From contig JAUQQN010000002.1 of assembly GCA_030549845.1 (NCBI GenBank), positions 90,001 through 122,000 on the forward strand: DNA of 32,000 bases, written 5' to 3'. Under the pieces are notes generated by a model. The model did no database searches. It saw only the letters and a list, made by a program, of their open reading frames with translations, and had not been told where the DNA came from. Shown here piece by piece: positions 28,048-32,000 of the stretch (within the stretch, counting starts at the first letter, position 1; each line of letters opens with the position of its first letter). This DNA is from Patescibacteria group bacterium (lineage in GTDB: Bacteria; Patescibacteriota; Minisyncoccia; UBA6257; HR35). Both the position numbers and the translations under genes were made by a program.

Positions 28048-29286
28048 TTAAAATCCTCCTCTTCCTCTTGTACCTTGTTCTAATTGTGTAGATATTTGTT
28101 GATAAACTGGCACTATAATGGACACTGCAACTAAGCCTACAATTATTCCCACGAAAATTATTAATATAGGCTCTAGTAAAGTAAGCAAATTTTTTATTGC
28201 ATACCTAACTTCATCTTCATAAAATTCTTCCATTAATCCTAAAACAGAAGAAAGGTTTCCAGTTTCATAACCAATACTTAAAAGCCCTGCTAAAATTTCT
28301 GGGAAAACCCTTTCTCTTTGAATTAAATCAGAAAAATTACCACCTCCTTGTATTCCTTTGTATATATTTTCAAGAGCAATTTTTAAATTTGGGTGATTTA
28401 AAACAGTACTTGTAAGAAGTAAAGCTTGTGATACATTTATTCCGCTATCGATTAAAGATTTCATCAAAAAACAAAAACTTCTTAAATTCATATTTATTAT
28501 TAGATTTTTTAAAATCGGGAGTTTTAAAGAAATTTTTAATAAGAGAGCCCTTCCATATTTTGTAAGAAAAAAGAAAAGGATTATTAAAATTAGAAATAGC
28601 AATGAACTCATAACAATTTTTAAATGAGCTCCTATCCAAACTCCTGCATTTAGAATAATTTTGGAAAACATCGGAAGTTCTGTTCTCATTTCTTTTACTA
28701 ATTCTGCTATTTTAGGTAATACTACTGTAGTAACTAAAATTACAACACCAAAAGCAGCAACTAAAATTATCATAGGATAAATCAAAGAAGATATTATCTC
28801 GGATCTAATATTTTTTTCTTTTTCTAAATCTTGGGCTAATTTATCAAAAGTTTTAGAAAGAGTACCTGATGTCTCGCCTATTTTTATAAGTTCAACTTCG
28901 ACTGGTGAAAAACTATGCTTAAACAATTCAAATGTACTATAAAATGGAGCCCCTTTTTCAATGTTAAACATGAGTAATAGAAAAAAATCTCTTATTTTTC
29001 TATTTTTTATGGAATTCACTAGAATTCTTAAAGAATCAGTTAAATTAGCACCAGATTTAAGGATTAAAGATATATTTCTTGATATAAAGATTTTGTCTTT
29101 TAAAGAAAATTTTTCTAAAAACTTAAAAAGGTTTGTAAAAAAAGTTTCTGTCGATTTTTTAACATCAACAACTGCAAAACCTATCGAGGTTAGATATTCT
29201 AAAACTTCTTTTTCTGAAGAAGCTATTAATTTTCCTTTAAAAATTTGGTTTTTATTGTTTATAACTTTATATTTGTAAAATTCCAT
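28048..29286 (-). CDS. pilC: Type IV pilus/T2SS platform protein (GspF/PilC family)
   Basis: 412 aa with two T2SSF-like repeats, each followed by TM helices. Starts 1 nt after the ATPase gene. The C-terminus 'LLEPILIIFVGIIVGLVAVSIIVPVYQ' is typical. Confidence 0.9.
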   Translation of the reverse strand: MEFYKYKVINNKNQIFKGKLIASSEKEVLEYLTSIGFAVVDVKKSTETFFTNLFKFLEKFSLKDKIFISRNISLILKSGANLTDSLRILVNSIKNRKIRDFFLLLMFNIEKGAPFYSTFELFKHSFSPVEVELIKIGETSGTLSKTFDKLAQDLEKEKNIRSEIISSLIYPMIILVAAFGVVILVTTVVLPKIAELVKEMRTELPMFSKIILNAGVWIGAHLKIVMSSLLFLILIILFFFLTKYGRALLLKISLKLPILKNLIINMNLRSFCFLMKSLIDSGINVSQALLLTSTVLNHPNLKIALENIYKGIQGGGNFSDLIQRERVFPEILAGLLSIGYETGNLSSVLGLMEEFYEDEVRYAIKNLLTLLEPILIIFVGIIVGLVAVSIIVPVYQQISTQLEQGTRGRGGF

Positions 29287-29287
29287 T

Positions 29288-30994
29288 TTATTCCTTGATA
29301 ACCCTTAAGACCTCTTCTAATGTTGTTATTCCTGCTATAGCTTTATTTAAACCGTCTTGAAACATTGTTTTAAATCCTTTCTTTTTTAAAATATCCTTAA
29401 ACACAACTAAACTAAAATCTTTTCTAGATAAGTAATCAGCTATTTCATCATCTACAAAAAACATCTCAAAAACTCCTGTTCTTCCAGAATAACCACTGTT
29501 TCCGCAAAATTCGCATCCTCTACCTTTGTATAAATATTTTGGCATTTCAAAATTTTTTAATTCTTCTTCTGTTAAACCAGAAGCTTTCAATTGTTCTAAT
29601 ATAAGTTGTTTTTGCGCTTCAGTTATTTCTTCAGTATATATGCAGTTAATACAAATTTTTCTTACCAATCTTTGAGCCATGACTAATGTTAAAGTTGAAG
29701 CAACTAAATAAGGTGGCACCCCTAAATCAATTAAACGGGGAACTGTTGTTGGAGCATCATTTGTATGAAGAGTTGAGAGTATTAGGTGGCCTGTTAAAGC
29801 TGCTTGTACTGCAATATCTGCAGTTTCATAATCTCTAATCTCACCAACCATGATAATATCTGGATCTTGTCTCAAAAAGGCTCTTAACCCTGAAGCAAAT
29901 GTTAAGTTTACGGCAGGATTAATTTGAACTTGATTTATTCTTTCTAATTCGTATTCTATTGGATCTTCTATTGTGCTTATATTTACTTCTGGCTTATTTA
30001 AAAGTTGTAATATTGTATATAAAGTAGTAGTTTTACCTGAACCAGTAGGTCCTGTAGAAAGTATCATTCCATAAGTTTTGGACATTGCTTTTTCCATCAA
30101 TTTCTGAGCTTCTTCATCCATACCAAGTTCTGCTAAAGAAGTTGGCCTAAAATGAGAAGCTAATAATCTTAAAACTGCTTTTTCTCCATACATTGTAGGA
30201 ACAATAGAAACTCTAATATCAAATTCAAAATCTCCTAATTTAGTCTTAAATCTTCCATCTTGAGGCCTGAAATGTTCATCTAATTGAAGTTTGGAAAGTA
30301 CTTTGATTCTAGCAATTATTGATGGATGCATATCCTTTGGAAGCCTCATAATTTCTCTTAATATTCCATCAACCCTGAATCTTATTAAACTATAATCACT
30401 AAAAACCTCTATATGAATATCCGAAGCATTTAAACCCATAGCATAGTTTAGCAAGTTATCTACTAACCGTGTAGCAGACATAATTCTTTCTTCTTCAGAA
30501 GCGAATACCCTTAGAGTTTGAGAGACTTCTTGATTTAAAAGTTCTTGATATTTTTCTCGATAAAGAGCTTGATAGTTTACTAAAGCTTTCTGCACTTCAT
30601 CTTCCATTGCAAACATAGGAATTATTCTTTTATTAGTAATATTAAAAAGCAAAGAGATTGTCTCTTGGTCTCTTGGATTTGCCATAGCTACATATAAATT
30701 ACCCTCTTCTTCTTTTATAGGAATTAGCTTTTTTGTGATAGCAATTTGCTCTGGAACATACTTCAAAATATTTGCAGGAATAGATACTCCTTTTAAATTT
30801 GCTCTTTCTACTCCTAAATATTCACTTATCAATAAAGCTAAATAGTCTTTGTCTATAAACCTTCTATTTATTAAAAGGGTTATCACAGAAATATTCAGTT
30901 TTTTAGCTTCGTTTTCTACTTCTTCCCAGGTAGATTCATCTAATATGTTTTTAGAAAGCAATATGCTTTTTAGTTCTTCGTTTGTAATTATCAT
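29288..30994 (-). CDS. pilB: Type IV pilus/T2SS assembly ATPase (GspE/PilB family)
   Basis: N-terminal T2SSE_N-like domain, Walker A 'GPTGSGKTTT', Asp box 'DPDIIMVGEIRD', His box 'GHLILSTLHTND', tetra-Cys 'CINC...CEFC'. Confidence 0.93.
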   Translation of the reverse strand: MIITNEELKSILLSKNILDESTWEEVENEAKKLNISVITLLINRRFIDKDYLALLISEYLGVERANLKGVSIPANILKYVPEQIAITKKLIPIKEEEGNLYVAMANPRDQETISLLFNITNKRIIPMFAMEDEVQKALVNYQALYREKYQELLNQEVSQTLRVFASEEERIMSATRLVDNLLNYAMGLNASDIHIEVFSDYSLIRFRVDGILREIMRLPKDMHPSIIARIKVLSKLQLDEHFRPQDGRFKTKLGDFEFDIRVSIVPTMYGEKAVLRLLASHFRPTSLAELGMDEEAQKLMEKAMSKTYGMILSTGPTGSGKTTTLYTILQLLNKPEVNISTIEDPIEYELERINQVQINPAVNLTFASGLRAFLRQDPDIIMVGEIRDYETADIAVQAALTGHLILSTLHTNDAPTTVPRLIDLGVPPYLVASTLTLVMAQRLVRKICINCIYTEEITEAQKQLILEQLKASGLTEEELKNFEMPKYLYKGRGCEFCGNSGYSGRTGVFEMFFVDDEIADYLSRKDFSLVVFKDILKKKGFKTMFQDGLNKAIAGITTLEEVLRVIKE

Positions 30995-31596
30995 GGTCTA
31001 ATTACAAGTAAATGTGGATTTATAAAATCTACATACATATTTAAAATTATAAAAAATAAACATAAAAATACCCAATAATCTTTTATAGAAATTTTTTCCA
31101 AAACTTTTTCTCTATTTTTAAAAAGATTTACTAAATGCAAAAGAAAAATTAAGAAAAGTCCCATTACAAAAAATAAAAAATTGAAAGGAAATTTTAAAAA
31201 TACAGCAAGAATTGGAATTTTAATGTATTCTTCTGGATAGTATAAGGTTTTTTTAAATAAATTATTTGTAATAAGAATTACTAAAAAAACAAAAGCTCCG
31301 CCTGCTAAGCTCCATAAAAAGTCTTTGTATATATGATGGTAAGTATAAAGAAAAAAATAAGAAATATTAGTATAAGGAGGAAGCAAATATTTAGAAACTG
31401 GATGGTGTAGCCAAATTTGATATTGTATTTTCATTAAAAGCAAGATGGTGACAATGTTAAAGAAAATAAATAGAAATAACGCTATAAACCAGTTTAAAGG
31501 AGGCTTTTTATTGTTTAAAATTAAATATAAAGTTAATATTAAAGCAAAAAACAGGGAGTAATTTTTAATAAAAAAATTCCAAAATAATTCAACCAT
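30991..31596 (-). CDS. Hypothetical polytopic membrane protein, translationally coupled to pilB
   Basis: Its stop overlaps the pilB start (ATGA). It has multiple TM helices. I prefer the start at Met-31 (31596, MVELFW), because the track start at 31686 would overlap the divergent prepilin gene by 89 nt. No A24 peptidase Asp motifs are visible. Confidence 0.5.
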   Translation of the reverse strand: MVELFWNFFIKNYSLFFALILTLYLILNNKKPPLNWFIALFLFIFFNIVTILLLMKIQYQIWLHHPVSKYLLPPYTNISYFFLYTYHHIYKDFLWSLAGGAFVFLVILITNNLFKKTLYYPEEYIKIPILAVFLKFPFNFLFFVMGLFLIFLLHLVNLFKNREKVLEKISIKDYWVFLCLFFIILNMYVDFINPHLLVIRP

Positions 31597-31597
31597 T

Positions 31598-32000
31598 ATG
31601 AAAATTATATTAAAAAAATGTTTTACAATAATTGAAATCTTGATGGTAATTTTTATTTTACTTGCAATTTCAACAGTAATCTTCAAAAGTTCTTTAGAAT
31701 TTTCAAAAGATTATTTTACCGTAAAAGATGATATAACAAAAATAAAGACTGTTTTAGAGTCTGCAAAAAATAAAGCTTTTCTAGGAGAACTTGATTCAGA
31801 TTGGGGCGTTTACTTCGAGAATTCTACATCTATTTATTACTTATTTGCAGGTTCATCTTTTAATAACTCCCAAAATTTTTCCCAATATTTTTTAGATGAT
31901 AATAATATCTTTACTGATCCTCCTGCAAATTCAATCAAAGAAATAGTTTTTAAAAAATACTCAGGTTATACAGGGACCTCAACTAAAGTTTCAATTTCTT
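31598..32000 (+). CDS. Type IV prepilin-like protein (GspH/FimT-like), 3'-truncated by the window edge; not in the supplied ORF track
   Basis: My own translation: MKIILKKC|FTIIEILMVIFILLAISTVIFKSSLEFSKDYFTVKDDITKIKTVLESAKNKAFLGELDSDWGVYFENSTSIYYLFAGSSFNNSQNF... It is open to the end of the window. An in-frame TAA lies upstream at 31559-31561. Phe+1, Glu+5 and the hydrophobic helix are present, and '...ESAKNKA' resembles GspH/FimT. Confidence 0.7.
   Translation, partial: MKIILKKCFTIIEILMVIFILLAISTVIFKSSLEFSKDYFTVKDDITKIKTVLESAKNKAFLGELDSDWGVYFENSTSIYYLFAGSSFNNSQNFSQYFLDDNNIFTDPPANSIKEIVFKKYSGYTGTSTKVSIS

Noticed and set aside
205-29278. Short ORFs from the track that lie antisense to, or overlap, well-supported genes: 205-399, 1554-1742, 4956-5183, 8439-8627, 12312-12497, 16625-16930, 20671-20952, 21959-22150, 23814-24014, 24429-24656, 25199-25486, 28445-28639 and 28961-29278.
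   Set aside because: Each lies inside, or mostly overlaps, a longer ORF with clear family motifs, usually on the opposite strand. Their translations are low-complexity (runs of F, I, L, S, K) with no motifs. This is the expected by-product of AT-rich coding DNA, or of stop-poor GC-rich DNA in the case of 4956-5183.
30991-31686. The membrane protein upstream of pilB as the prepilin peptidase (PilD/A24).
   Set aside because: There are no GxGD-type motifs or paired catalytic Asp residues in the TM regions. The few Asp residues present (YKDF, IKDY, YVDF) do not sit in the expected context.
1-32000. Alternative genetic code (UGA recoding, as in some CPR lineages), CRISPR arrays, IS elements, integrases and toxin-antitoxin pairs.
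   Set aside because: All long housekeeping genes translate uninterrupted under the standard code, and several end in TGA. I saw no regularly spaced direct repeats, no transposase or integrase motifs (DDE, or the tyrosine-recombinase R..H..R..Y pattern), and no small adjacent gene pairs typical of TA modules.

Overview
The window is AT-rich: hand counts give about 25-30% GC outside the RNA genes. It is tightly packed and uses the standard genetic code, since all housekeeping ORFs are uninterrupted. I infer a reduced-genome, CPR/Patescibacteria-like bacterium. The basis is archaeal-type PyrH and Ogg, an M32 carboxypeptidase, queuosine salvage (DUF2419 + tgt), type IV pilus genes, a LamG surface protein, and tRNAs without encoded CCA.

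I support about 30 CDS and 3 tRNAs (Asn-GTT, Leu-CAG, Phe-GAA). I saw no CRISPR array, transposase or integrase.

Main structures:
1. A co-directional minus-strand block runs from about 31596 down to 21404. In it, type IV pilus/T2SS-like genes bracket lysS, tRNA-Phe and the rpsL-rpsG-fusA operon. The pilus genes are a membrane protein, pilB and pilC on one side and three minor pseudopilins on the other.
2. A divergent plus-strand prepilin gene starts at 31598 and runs off the window. It is missing from the ORF track.
3. A roughly 0.5 kb island at 4941-5480 has about 53% GC. It carries one 132-aa ORF with textbook promoter, Shine-Dalgarno and terminator, and lies next to the 3' end of tRNA-Asn. 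It looks compositionally foreign.
4. Two Cys-containing or membrane-anchored proteins of about 320 aa flank rnj. One carries a perfect 24-bp tandem duplication of a tail-fibre-like motif.

All functional calls come from motif recognition by eye. No searches were run.
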